Positions 1-17,823 of a DNA stretch of 64,000 nucleotides are shown one piece after another. The position numbers and the translations under genes were made by a program. This DNA is from the human T2T-CHM13v2.0 reference genome, Homo sapiens. Numbering within the stretch: the stretch's first letter is position 1; the number at the start of each line of letters is the position of its first letter. The notes under the pieces are model-generated. The model was not told where the DNA came from, did no database searches, and was given only the letters and a program-made list of their open reading frames with translations. The DNA lies in the NCBI RefSeq assembly GCF_009914755.1, contig NC_060944.1; one strand, 5' to 3'.

Positions 1-2020
1 ATGGCTATTTGGCAAGGCTGTCATCATTTTGTTTTACTGTATGTTCTTTTCTTAAGGATCTTTGAATTGTAGACTAGTTTACATACTTTATAAATAATCT
101 AGGTTAATATTGGCAACACATGTAACAGATATTATACTTTTATAATTATTCAGAAAATTATATATACCTTTAATCCCTCCCCAATACTCACTTTAATAAA
201 TATTAATTTATTACCAAAAGAAGGTGTGAGATCTAAGAACTCTGAGTCTTGTAGCAGGTAAGACATTTGTAAGGGCTACTTCTTAATAAAATTTTCCATT
301 TCCTTTAGATGTTTCTAAAATTAGAAGTTTTAAAATATATTCGTTTGATGTGATTACTTAGGGGCTCAAGCAGAGAATTTAGATTGATTGGGCTTGCAAT
401 AAAAAGGGACTTTAAAAAATGACATCATCAGAAAGAAGGCAAATAATCAGCTCTTTCTGGATCAGGAAGGGGAATTCTGACAAATATTTATACTTATGAG
501 ACATATACATGGGTGCAAGAGAAGTGACATCGGAAGAAAAAGTACACATTTTTGTATTTAAAAATCTATCAATATTATATATGAACATCTGAAAGATATT
601 TATATATAAATATACATGTAAATATTATGGCATATAAACAGATTTATATATGTGTGTATGTATGTAGGGTAGGTATCTACCTATGGAATATACTTTTTCT
701 TCAGAAGTCAGTTCTTTTGCTTTAAAACTTTCTCCTTTAGGAAAAAAATTAACACTGAATTTTACCAGTTCTAATTTTTTTTTACTTTAGGTTTTTGTTT
801 ATCTAAATGTTATAAATAATGAGCACAAAATAATTTTATGATTATTATTTCATGGATCTGTTTCTGATAGATTTGTTAAATTATACTTTAAGTTCTGGGA
901 TACATGTGCAGAACATGCAGGTTTGTTACATAGGTATCCACATGCCATGGTGGTCTGCTGCACCCATCAACCCGTCATCTACATTAGGTATTTCTCCTAA
1001 TGCTATCCCTCCCCTAGTCTCTCACCCCCTGACAGGCCCTGGTGTTTGATGTTCCCTTCTCTGTGTCTATGTATTTTCATTGTTCAACTCCCACTTATGA
1101 GTGAGAACATGTGGTGTTTGGTTTTCTGTTCCTGTGTTAGTTTGCTGAGAATGATGGTTTCCAGCTCCATCCATGTACCTGCAAAGGACATGAACTCATC
1201 CTTTTTTATGGCTGCACAGTGTTCCATGGTGTATATGTGCCACATTTTCTTTATCCAGTCTATCATTGATGGGCATTTGTGTTGGTTCCAAGTCTTTGCT
1301 ATTGTGAATAGTGCTGCAATAAACATACGTGTGCATGTGTCTTTATAGTAGAATGATTTATAATCCTTTGGGTATACACCCAGTAATGGGATTGCTGGGT
1401 CAAATGGTATTTCTGGTTCTAGATCCTTGAGGAATCGCCACACTGTCTTCCACAATGGTTGAACTAATTTACACTCCCACCAACAGTGTAAAAACCTTCC
1501 TATTTCTCCACATCCTCTCCAGCATCTGTTCTTTCCTGACTTTTTAATGATCGCCATTCTAACTGGTGTGAGATGGTAACCCACTGTGATTTTGATTTGC
1601 ATTTCTCTAATGAGCAGTGATGATGAGCTTTTTTTCATATGTTTGTTGGCCGCATAAATGTCTTCTTTTGAGAAGTGTCAGTATGATATTGGCTGTGGGT
1701 TTGTCATAAATAACTTATTATTTTGAGATACATTCCATCAATACCAATTTATTGTGAGTTTTTAGCATGAAGGGGTGTTGAATTTTATTGAAGGCCTTTT
1801 CTGCATCTGTTGAGATAATCATGTGGTTTTTGTCATTGGTTCTGCTTATGTAATGGATTACGTTTATTGATTTTCATATGTTGAACCAGCCTTGCATCCC
1901 AGGGATGAAGCCGACTTGATCATGGTGGATAAGCTTTTTGATGTGTTGCTAATTCAGTTTGCCAGTATTTTATTGATGATTTTTGCATTGATGTTCATCA
2001 GGGATATTGGCCTGAAATTA

Positions 2021-2110
<90 letters not shown>

Positions 2111-2884
2111 TTATCGTTCGGAATAGTTTCAGAGGGAATGGTACCAGCTCCTCTTTGTACCTCTGGTAGAATTTGGCTGTGAATCTGTCTGGTCCTGGGC
2201 TTTTTTGGGTTGGTAGGCTATTAATTACTACCTCAATTTCAGCACTTGTTATTGGTCTATTCAGGGATTTGACTTCTTCCTGGTTTAGTCTTGGGAGGGT
2301 GTATGTGTCCAGGAGTTTATCCATTTCTTCCAGATTTTCTAGTTTATTTGCATAGAGGTATTTATAGTATTCTCTGATGGTAGTTTGTACTTCTGTGGGA
2401 TCAGTGGTGATCGCCCCTTTATCATTGTTTATTGTGTCTATTTGATTCTTCTGTCTTTTCTTCTTTAACAGTCTGGCTAGTGGTTTATCTATTTTGTTAA
2501 TCTTTTTAAAAAACCAGCTCCTGGATTCACTGATTTTTTTGAAGAGTTTTTCTTGTCTTTCTCTCCTTCAGTTCTGCTCTGTTCTTAGTTATTTCTTGTC
2601 TTCTGCTAGATTTTGAATTTATTTGCTGTTACTTCTCTAGGTCTTTTTTTTTTATTATACTTTAAGTTTTAGGATACATGTCCACAACGTGAAGGTGCAG
2701 GTTTGTTACATATGTATACCTGTGCCATGTTGTTGTGCTGCACCCATTAACTCGTCATTTAGCATTAGGTATATCTCCTAATGCTATCCTTTCCCCCACC
2801 CCCACCCCACAACAGTCCCCGGTGTGTGATGTTCCCCTTCGTGTGTCCATGTGTTCTCATTGTTCAATTCCCACCTATGAGTGA

Positions 2885-6715
<3,831 letters not shown>

Positions 6716-6778
6716 TATGATGTTAGCTGGTTATTTTGATTGTTAGTTGATGCAGTTTCTTCCTAGTGTTGATGGTCT

Positions 6779-7795
6779 TTACAATTTGGCATGTTTTTGC
6801 AGTGCCTGGTACCGGTTGTTCCTTTCCATGTTTAGTGCTTCCTTCGGGAGCTCTTTTAGGGCAGGCCTAGTGGTGACAAAATCTCTCAGCATTTGCTTGT
6901 CTGTAAAGTATTTTATTTCTCCTTCACTTATGAAGCTTAGTTTGGCTGGATATGAAATTCTGAGTTGAAAATTCTTTTCTTTAAGAATGTTGAATAGTGG
7001 CCCCCACTCTGTTCTGACTTGTAGAGTTTCTGCTGAGAGATCAGCTGTTAGTCTGATGGGCTTCCCTTTGTGGGTAACCTGACCTTTCTCTCTGGCTGCC
7101 CTTAACATTTTTTCCTTCATTTCAACTTTGGTGAATCTGACAATTATGTGTCTTGGAGTTGCTCTTCTCGAGGAATATCTTTGTGGCGTTTTCTGTATTT
7201 CCTGAATTTGAATGTTGGCCTGCCTTGCTAGATTGGGGAAGTTCTCCTGGATAATATCCTGCAGAGTGTTTTTCAACTTGGTTCCATTCTCCCCGTCACT
7301 TTCAGGTACACAAATTGGACGTAGATTTGGTCTTTTCACATAGTCCCATATTCCTTGGAGGCTTTGTTGATTTCTTTTTATTCTTTTTTCTCTAAACTTC
7401 TCTTCACGCTTCATTTCATTTATTTCATCTTCCATCACTGATACCCTTTCTTCCAGTTGATTGCATTGGTTACTGAGGCTTGTGCTTTTGTCACGTAGTT
7501 TTTGTGCCTTGGTTTTCAGCTCCATCAGGTCCTTTAAGGACTTCTCTGCATTGGTTATTCTAGTTATCCATTCGTCTAATTTTTTTTCAAAGTTTTTAAC
7601 TTCTTTGCCATTGGTTCAAACTTATTCCTTTAGCTCAAAGTAGTTTGATCATCTGAAACCTTCTTCTCTCAACTTGTCAAAGTCATTCTCTGTCCAGCTT
7701 TGTTCCATTGCTGGTGATGAGCTGCGTTCCTTTGGAGGAGGAGCGGTGCTCTGATTTTTAGAGTTTCCGGTTTTTCTGCTCTGTTTTTTCCCCAT
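6779..7795 (-). pseudogene. L1 ORF1p of the inner L1, full 1017-bp span but with nonsense codons
   Basis: ATG at 7795 (ATGGGGAAAAAACAG) and stop at 6779 give 338 codons. In-frame TAA/TGA near 7616-7624. The 248-aa C-terminal ORF (…RATPRHIIVRFTKVEMKEKMLRAAREK…) is intact. Confidence 0.9.
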
Positions 7796-8815
7796 CTTTG
7801 TGATTTTATCTACCTTTCGTCTTTGATGATGGTGATGTACAGATGGGTTTTTGGTGTGGATGTCCTTTCTGTTTGTTAGTTTTCCTTCTAACAGTCAGGA
7901 CCCTCAGCTGCAGGTCTGTTGGAGTTTTCTGGAGGTCCACTCCAGACCCTGTTTTCCTGGGTTTCAGCAGTGGTGGCTGCAGAACAGCAGATATTGGTGA
8001 ACCACAAATGCTGCTGCCTGATCGTTCCTCTGGAAGTTTTGTCTCAGAGGAGTACCCGGCTGTGTGAGGTGTCAGTCCGCCCCTACTCGGGGGTGCCTCC
8101 CAGTTAGGCTACTCAGGGGTTGGGGACCCACTTGAGGAGGCATTCTGCCCATTCTCAGATCTCAAACTGAGTGCTGGGAGAACCACTACTCTCTTTAAAG
8201 CTGTCAGACAGGGACATTTAAGTCTGCAGAGGTTATTGCTATCTTTTGTTTGTCTGTGCCCTGCCCCCCAGAGGTGGAGCCTACAGAGGCAGGCAGGCCT
8301 CCTTGAGCTGTGGTGGGCTCCACCCAGTTCGAGCTTCCTGGCTGCTTTGTTTACCTACTCAAGCCTGAGCAATGGCAGGCGCCCCTCCCCCCAGCCTCGC
8401 TGCCACCTTGCTGTTTGATCTCAGGCTGCTGTGCTAGCAATGAGCGAGGTTCCGTGGGCGTAGGACCCTCCGAGCCAGTTGCGGGATATAATCTCCTGGT
8501 GTGCCATTTGATAAGCCTGTTGGAAAAGCGCAGTATTAAGGTGGGAGTGATCCGATTTTCCAGGTGCCATCTGTCACCCCTTTCTTTGACTAGGAAAAGG
8601 AATTCCCTGATCCTTTGTGCTTCCCGGGTGAGGCGATGCCTCTCCCTGCTTTGGCTCACGCATGGTGCGCTGCCCCCACTGTCCTGCACCCACTGTCTGG
8701 CACTCCCCAGTGAGGTGAACCCGGTTGGAAATGCAGAAATCACCTGTCTTCTGTGTCACTCACCCTGGGAGCTGTAGACTGGAGCTGTTTCTATTCGGCT
8801 ATCTTGGCTCCACCC
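7796..8815. promoter_or_regulatory. Inner L1 5'UTR: sense promoter (-) and antisense promoter/ORF0 region (+)
   Basis: CpG-containing L1PA 5'UTR. ORF0-like peptide PASLPPCCLISGCCASNERGSVGVGPSEP in + ORF 8310-8777. Donor-like sites AAG|GTGGGA (8541) and CGG|GTGAGG (8628). Confidence 0.75.
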
Positions 8816-9650
8816 CTTCTCTAGTTCTTTTAATAGTGATGTTAGGATGTTGATTTTAGATCTTTCCAGCATTCTCCTGTGGGCATTTAGTGCTTCACAT
8901 TTCCCCTAAACACTGCTTTAGCTGTGTCCCAAGGATTCTGGTACGTTGTGTCATTGTTCTCATTAGTTTCGAAGAACTTATTTATTTCTGCCTTAATTTC
9001 ATTATATATCCAGCAGTCACTCAGGAACAGGTTGTCCAGTTTCCATGTAGGTGTGTGGTTTTTAATGAGTTTCTTTATCCTGAGTTCTAATTTGATTGCA
9101 CTGTGGTCTGAGAGACTGTTTGTTATCATTTCTGTTCTTTTGCATTTACTGATGAGTGTTTTACTTCCAATAATGTGGTCAATTTTAGAATAAGTGTGAT
9201 GTGGTGCTGAGAAGAATGTATATTCTGTAGATTTGGGGTGGAGAGTTCTGTAGATGCCTATTAGGTCTGCTTGGTCCGGAGCTGAGTTCAAGTCCTGAAT
9301 ATCCTTTTTAATTTCCTGTCTTGTTGATCTGTCTAATATTGACAGTGGGGTGTTAAATTCATCCACTATTATTGTGTGGGAGTCTATGTCTCTTTAGAGG
9401 TCTCTGGGAACTTGCTTTATGAATCTGGGTGCTCCTATATTGGGTGCATATATATTTAGGATAGTTAGCTCTTCTTGTTGCATTGATTCCTTTACCATTA
9501 TGTAATGCCCTTCTTTGTATTTTCTGATCTTTCTTCGTTTAAAGTCTGTTTTATCAGAGACTAGGATTGCAACCCCTGCTTTTTTTTTTTTTGCTTTCCA
9601 TTTTTTTGGGAAATCTTCCTGCATTCCTTTATTTTGAGCCTCTGTGTGTC

Positions 9651-9950
9651 TTTTTTTGGGGGGGGGCGTTGGGGGCACCGTCTCACTCTGTCACCGAGGC
9701 TGGAGTGCAGTGGCTCGATCTTGGCTCACTGCAACCTCCGCCTCCCGGGTTCAAGCAATTCTCTGCCTCAGCCTCCTGAGTAGCTGAGATTACAGGCACA
9801 TGCCACCACACTTGGCTAACTGTCGTATTTTTAGTAGAGTTGGGGTTTTATCATGTTGACCAGGCTGGTCTTGAACTCTAGACCTTGTGATCCACCCGCC
9901 TTGGCCTCCCAAAGTGCTGGGATTACAGGCGTGAGCTGTCACGCCCAGCC
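9651..9950 (-). mobile_element. AluS inserted in the endonuclease region of the outer L1
   Basis: Full Alu dimer (GGCTGGAGTGCAGTGG … CCAAAGTGCTGGGATTACAGGCGTGAGC). Degenerate TSD TCTGTGTGTC/TATGTGTGTC. Confidence 0.93.
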
Positions 9951-12900
9951 TCTATGTGTGTCATTACATGTGTGTCATTACATGGGTCTCCTGAATACAG
10001 CACCCCGATGGGTCTTGACTCTTTATCCAATTTGTCAGCCTGTGTCTTTGAATTGGAGGATTTAGCCCATTTACATTTAAGGTTAATATTGTTATGTGTG
10101 AATTTGATCCTGGCATTATGATGCTAGCTGGTTATTTTAGTTGATGCAGTTTCTTCATAGTATCGATGGTCTTTACAATTCGGTATGTTTTTGCAGTGGC
10201 TGGTATCGGTTTTTTCTTTCCATATTTAGTGCTTCCTTCAGCAGCTCTTGCAAGGCAGGCCTGGTGGTGACAAAATCTCTCAGCATTTGCTTGTCTGTAA
10301 AGGATTTTTTTTCTCCTTTGCTTATGAACCTTAGTTTGCCTGTATATGAAATTCAGGGTTGAAAATTGTTTTCTTTAAGAATGTTGAATATTGGCCCCCA
10401 CTCTCTTCTGGCTTGTAGGGTTTCTGCAGAGAGATCTGCTGTTAGTCTGATGTGCTTCACTGTGTGGGTAACCTGACCTTTCTCTCTGGATGCCCTTAAC
10501 ATTTTTTCCTTCGTTTCAACCTTGGTGAATCTGACGATTACGTGTCTTGGGGTTGCTCTTCTCGGGGAGTATCTTTGTGGTGTTCTCTCTACTTCCTGAA
10601 TTTGAATGTTGGCCTGTCTAGCTAGGTTGGGGAAGTTCTGGATAATATCCTGAGGAGTGTTTTCCAACTGGGTTCCATTCTCCCTGTCACTTTCAGGTAC
10701 ACCAATCAGTTGTAGGTTTGGTCTTTTCACATAGTCCCATATTTCTTGGAGGCTCTGTTCATTCCTTTTCATTCTCTTTTTCTCTAATCTTGTCTTCATG
10801 CTTTATTTCATTAAGTTGATCTTCAATCTCTGATATCCTTTCTTCTGCTTGATCAATTCACCTATTGATAAGGTATCATGCTTCACGAAGTTCTCGTGCT
10901 GTGTTTTTCAGCTCCATCAGGTCATCTATGTTCTTCTCTAAACTGGTTATTCTAGTTAGCAATTCCTCTAACCTTTTTTCAAGGTTCTTAGCTTCCTTGT
11001 ATTAGGTTAGAGCACGCTTCTTTAGCTCGGAGGAGTTTGTTATTTCTCACCCTCTGAAGCCTACTTCTGTCAATTCATCAAACTCATTCTCCATCCAGTT
11101 TTGTTCCCTTGCTGGTGAGGAGTTGTAATCCTTTGGAGGAGAAGAGGCATTCTGGTTTTTGGAATTTTCAGCCTTTTTGAGCTGTTTTTTATTCATTTTT
11201 GTGGATTTATCTACCTTTGGTCTTTGCTGTTGGTGACCTTCTGATGGGGTTTTTGTGTGGACATCCTTTTTGTTGATGTTCATGCTATTCCTTTCTGTTT
11301 GTTAGTTTTCCTTCTGTCAGGCTCCTCTGCTGCACGTCTGCTGGGGTTTGCTGGAGGTCCACTGCAGACCCTGTTTGCCGGGGCATCACCAGCAGAGACC
11401 GCAGGACAGCAAAGATTGCTGTCTTTTCCTTCCTCTGGAAGCATGGTTTCAGAGGGGCATCTGCCAGATGCTAGCCGGAGCTCTCCTATATGAGATGTCT
11501 GTTTACTCCCTCTGGAAGGTGTCTCCCAGTCAGGAGATACGGGGATCGAGGACTCACTTGGGGAGGCAGTCTGTCCCTTAGCAGAGCTCAAGTGCTGTGC
11601 TAGAAGATCTTCTCTCTTCAGAGCTAGCAGGCAGTAACGTTTGTCTGCTGAAGCTGCGACCATAGCCGCCCCTACCCCCAGGTGCTCTGTCCCAGGAAGA
11701 TGGGAGTTTTATCTATAAACCCCTGACTGGGGCTGCTGCTTTTTTTTCAGAGATTCCCTGCCTAGGGTGGAGGAATCTAGAGAGGCAGTCTGGCTACAGT
11801 GGCTTTGCCAAACTGTGGTGGACTCTGCCCAGTTCAGACTTCCCGGTGGCTTTGTTTACACTGTGATGGGAAAACTGCCTACTCAAGCGTCAGTAATGGT
11901 GGATGCCCCTTCCCCCACCAAGCTCGAGCATCCCAGGTCAGCTTCAGACTGCTGTGCTGGCAGCAAGAATTTCAAGCCAGTGGATCTTAGCTTGCTGGGC
12001 TCTGTGGGGGTGGGATCTGCTGAACTAGACCACTTGGTTCCCTGGCTTCAGCCCCCTTTCCAGGGAAGTGAACAGTTCTGTCTTGCTGGCATTCGAGGTG
12101 CCACTGGGGTATGTAAAAAACTCTTGCAGGTAGCTCGGTGTCTTCCCAAAAGGCCGCCCAGTTTTGTGCTTGAAACCCAGGGCCCTGGTGGTGTAGGCAC
12201 CTGAGGGAATCTCCTGGTCTGTGGGTTTCTATGACCATGGGAAAAGTGTAGTATCTGGGCGGGAATGCACTGTCCCTCAGGGCACAATCCCTGTGGGCTT
12301 CCCTTGGCTAGGGGAGGGAGTTCCCCAACCCCTTGGGCTTCCCGGATGAGGCAACGCTCCACCCTGCTTCGGCTAGCCCTCCGTGGGCTGCACCTACTGT
12401 CTAACCAGTCCCAATGAGATGAGCCAGGTACCTCAGTTGGAAATGCTGAAATCACCCGCCTTCTACATTGATCTCACTGGGAGATGTAGACCGGAGCTGT
12501 TCCTATTTGGCCATCTTGCCAGCCCTTTCTGATAGATTTTGACATGCTGAATGACAACAGCATTATGAGCCTTTTCTTATTTAAATACTGGCATTATGCC
12601 TTCTATGTGAGGTTTAATGGGCTTCAGTTACAATAGAGGGTTCCTAGGGGCATTATTAACATTTAGAATGATGTCTCTAAGTAGTATCTTTGCTGCTTCT
12701 GTTAATTGATGGCACTGTTATCATGAATTATGGTGCAACATTCTAAGCAACAAAATAAAAGTTCATGCGAATTTTACTAATTTTTGTTTCATTGATTTAT
12801 GAATTCAAGCATACAAATGTTAAAACAAAAATGAACCTTAGGAGTGCCTTCTAAGGTTCTAAGGTTAGAAGGTACTCTTTCTAACGTGTAGTTATCTGAC

Positions 12901-13449
12901 ATAGGAAACTACCTTTAGGGGAAAATTATTGAGGGGTAAAACATGAAAAATCTCTTCTAAAAATGATTAACTTATTAATCTTGAAAATGTATACAAATGG
13001 GACAGCAAGGTTTTAAAAATAATTCACTATTTTTGCTTGGGAAAATAAAAGAAATAAAAGAAATAAAATCAGCATTATTTTCTTTTTGTTAGCTATGATG
13101 TTCAGCATGATTTACATGATTTAAAATTTGCAAAGGAGACAACTGTTGGTCTGCATTGACTTATTAAAAGTATTTCCTTAAGAACCAACTCAGGAAATCT
13201 TAATTAGCATTCAGGGGAGTTTCAACAAATTTTAAGTTTCTGTTGAATAAATTTCTTCCTTATAATTCTAACTAATTTTAATATTTTGATTTTCTTCTGT
13301 GTGTAATAATCTAGCAACTGATTACTGTTTAGAATAAGCAATCTGTTCAATCTTTGTGAGGAATATTTACTTCTGTAATGATAGGATTGTTACAGTCATA
13401 TTTTTTGCTTTATTTTTATTTAGTTCTGTTTGCAATGCATTTTTTCAAA

Positions 13450-14140
13450 CATTCATTTGTTCGTTCCTGTTTTATTCATTTACTAAGCATTTACAGAATG
13501 CTTACTGTAAAATTGGCATTGTTTTTAATACTTAGGAAAACAATTTCCAGCATATGTTGAATGCTTTATATGTACTACTAAGTGCATTAGTTAATTATCT
13601 TTTTTAATCCCCACAATCATATACTGGGAAATAGCCTATTTATTAATGTGGGCCTTGGGTAAAAAGAGATGAATACATTGTAATCACTTTTCTTGGTAAG
13701 TTCACAGTCTAATGGAGTTGGACCCAGAAAAATAATTAATTAAAATTTTATGGGATAAGTGTTGTACAAAAGCTTGTGTTCATACTTGGACCTTCATAAG
13801 AAGGACTATCTAATTGTGCCTGAAGGAGTTAGAAAAGGTGTTACAGAGGGAATGACATTTGAGGTGAGTCTTAATTGTTAAATAGAAATTTGTCCAGGGA
13901 ATGAAGGCAGAAACACTGCTTATAGCAATCATGAAATGATGAAGGAGCCTGGTATTTGGTGGTCCTGGTGAGTGAGCTGCGTGGCATTAAACTCAGGTGT
14001 TTTTGTGTATGTGTGTATGTAGGTGTGAGTGTGGGACTGTGTGTGTGGTCTGGGCCTGGAAGATGTAAGAAGGTAGGAAGGGAGGATAATGAGGCTGGAG
14101 AGGTAGATTCGGACTTTATAGTCAAGACCCTCACTAAGAG
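13450..14140 (-). mobile_element. Degenerate L2 fragment(s)
   Basis: CATTCATT… L2 tail in antisense, TAAGCATTTAC…CTTACTGT, AAGTTCACAGTCTAATGG, GAATGACATTTGAG motifs. Confidence 0.55.
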
Positions 14141-14159
14141 GTTTATTTATTTATATTTT

Positions 14160-17090
14160 TAAAAGTTTTATTTTATTTTTAATTGACACATAGTAATTAT
14201 ACATATTTATGGAGTAGAACGTGATGTTTCAATACATGTATACAATATGTAATGATCAACCTCAAATATTTATTATATCTTTGTGGTGAGAATATTCAAA
14301 ATCCCATATTCTAGCTACTTTGAAGTATGTAATGTATTATTTATTGTTAACTACAGTCACCCTACTGTGCAATAGAACTGGAATTCATTCCTCCTATCTA
14401 ACTGTAACTTTATACTGGCTGACCACCCTCTCCACATCCACCTGTAGCCTCCTGCCTTTCCCAGCCGCTGGTAACCACTATTCTATTCTCAACTTACATG
14501 AGATCAACTTTTTTAGATTTCACATATACGTGAGGTCATGGGGTAATTATTTTTCTATGTTTGGCTTATTTTACTTATGGTGCCCTCCAGTTCATCCATA
14601 TTGTTGCAAGTGACAGAACTGTCTTGTTTTTTAAGGCTGAATAGTATTCCATTGTGTATGGACACCAAATTTTTCAATCTGTTCATATGTTGATAGACAC
14701 TTAGGTTGATTCTCTTTCTTGGCTATTGTGAATAATGCTTCTAACAAACTTGGAGTGCAGATGTCTCTTTGACATTCTGATTTCATTTTCTTTGGATAGA
14801 TACCTAGAAGTAGGATTAAAGGATCATATGGTAGTTCTATTTTTAAATTTTTCAGAAACCTCCATACTGTCGTCTATGATAGCTTAACTACTTTTCATAT
14901 CCACTAACAGTGTGTAAGAGTTCCCCTTTCTTCACATCCTTGCCAGCATTTGTTATCTTTTGTCTTTTTAATGATGGCCTTTCTAACTGGAGTGAGATGA
15001 TGTCTCCTTTTAGTTTTTATATGCATTTCCCTGATGATTATTGATGGTGAGCATGTTTTCATGCACTTGTTGGCCACTTGTATGTCTTCTTTTGGGAAAT
15101 GCTTCTTCAGATCTTTTGCCCATTTTATAGTTGGATTATTTTATTATTATTATTTTTTACTTTTTTTTGCTTTGGAGCTGCTTGAGTTCCTTATATTTTC
15201 TGGATATTAACCCCTTGTTAGATGCATAGCTGGCAAATATTTTTTTTCCCATTTTGCCAGTTTGTCTGTTCATTCTGTTGATTGTTTCCCTTTGCTGTGC
15301 AGAAGCTTTTGTGTTTCATTTAATCCAATTTGTCTGTTTTTATTTTCGTTGCCTGTGATTTTGAGGTCTTATCCAAAAAAACCTTGCCCAGCTAATGTTA
15401 TGTTATGAAGTGTTTGTTTTCTTCTAGTAGTTTCATAGTTTTGGATCTTACATTTATTTCATTGTGGCCAGAAATGTTATTTGATACAATTTCAATTTTT
15501 AAAATTTTGTTAAGACTTGTTTTGTAGTCTAACATGTGGTCTATCCTGGAAAATGTTCCATATGCTATTGAGAAGAATGTATATTCTACAGATGTTGGAA
15601 TGTTCCATAAATGTCCTTTAGGTTCATTTGGTTAGAATGCAGTTTAACTCTGATGTATCTTTGTTGATTTTCTGCTTGGATGGATCTGTCCATCACTGAA
15701 AGTGGGGTATTAAAGTCTTCTACCGTTAATGTTATTGCAGTCTATCTTTTTCTTTAGGTCTATTAACATTTACTTTATATATTTAGGTGCTCTGATGTTG
15801 GGTGCATACATATTTACAATTTTATTTCCTCTTCCTATATAGACCCCTTTATCATTATACAATATATTTTTGTTGCTTTTCACAGTTTTTGACTTAAAGT
15901 CTATTTTATCTGCAATGAATGTTGCCACCTCTGTTCTTTTTGGTTTCCATTTGCATGGAAAGTCTTTTTCCATTTCTTCACTTTTAGGCTATGTATTTAC
16001 TTACAGGTAAAGTGAGTTTCTTGTAGGCAGCATGTATTTAAATTTATTCAGCCACTCTATGTTTTCTAATTGCAGAATTTAATCCATTTATGTTCAAGGT
16101 AATTGTTGATAGGTAAGGGTGTACTCCTGCCATTTTGTTATTTTTTTTTCCAGTTGTTTTGTAGATCTTTTCTTTCTTTTTCTCTTACTTTCCTTTTTTG
16201 TGATTAGGTGGTTTTCTCTAATAGTGTGTTTTGATTCCTTGTTTCTTATTTGTATTTTGTTTTTTATAGGTTTTTACTTTGTGGTTACCGTGAGGCTTGC
16301 ATAAAGCATCTTACAGTTATAACACATTATTTTAAACTGATAACAACTTACCTTAAAAAGAAAAGAATCACACAAAAAACCCCAGTATACTTTAACTCCA
16401 TTCCCTCCAATATTTTGAAGTGTTGATGTCACAATTTACATCTTTTTATGTTGCCTATACCATAATTAATTAAGTAATATAATTATTTTTAATAGTTTTT
16501 CTTTTAGTCTTCATATTAAAGATACAAGTGGTTTACACACCATGATTACAGTATTAGAGTAAATATTAAATTAAGTCTAGTTTGTCTGCAAAGTTACTTT
16601 TATCAGTGAGTTTTATACCTTCAGATAGTTTCACACAGTAGCATCTTTTTGCACATTAGCATCTTTTCACACATTAGCATCCTTTTCTTTCAGTTTGAGG
16701 GACTCCCTTTAGCATTTTTTTTTTTAAGAACAGGTCTGATAGCAATTAATTGTTCATCTTGGAAGGTCTTTATCTCTCCTTCATTTCTGATGGAAAGCTT
16801 TGGTGGATACAGTATTTTTGGCAGCTTTTCTAACTCTAGCACTATGAATATATCATCCCACTCCCTTTGGGCCTACAAGGTTCCTCTTGAGGAGTCTGCT
16901 GCCAGATGTATTGGAATTCCCTTATATGTTATTTGCTTCTTTTCTCTTACTGCTTTCAGGATCTTCTCTTTGTTTTCAACCTTTCAGAGTCTGATATAAC
17001 ACTACCCCAAGACCTTTCAGAGTCTTGGGGTAGTGTTATTTGGTTTGAATCTGATTGGTGACCTTTAAAACTTTCCTGTACCTGAATATT
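14160..17090 (-). mobile_element. Old L1MA-type element: 3'UTR and ORF2 C-terminus joined (~15455) to endonuclease/ORF1 sequence
   Basis: L1MA 3' end (TTAATTGACACATAGTAATTATACATATTTATGG). EN remnant ORF 15770-15973 (…IADKIDFKSKTVK…NMYAPNIRAPKYIK). Confidence 0.8.
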
Positions 17091-17482
17091 CACTAAAAAG
17101 TTTTAAATTTGAGGATCAATTTGAATGAAAACATGAGCCATGCCTCTATATAAATGAATATTTAGAAAATATTTTAGAAGTCATGAGATTAACAACTTTA
17201 GAAGAGGTAAGTTGAACCAACTGCTGAATATATCTGTCTGATATATTCTTTTGGAGTTTATTGTCTCACTTTAAAAATTACCAATTAGAAATATTGTCTT
17301 TATAAAAACTAGTAGCAATGGTAAGTTTATTAGAATTAAACTGTAGAACTGAAAAGAAACATATCACTGTTTTAAATTTTTTAAACAACAAATATACTGA
17401 GTTTCCTGAATATTATGCAACTGCATGCTATCTAGTCTTGACTACTGAGCTACTAATCACTTTGTAGCTTAGAAATGAATAA

Positions 17483-17823
<341 letters not shown>

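Noticed and set aside
1670-1690. Outer L1 deletion as a spliced L1 transcript (SpIRE)
   Set aside because: On the L1 sense strand the missing segment could end in AG but begins AA/AT/GA, not GT, so there is no canonical donor.
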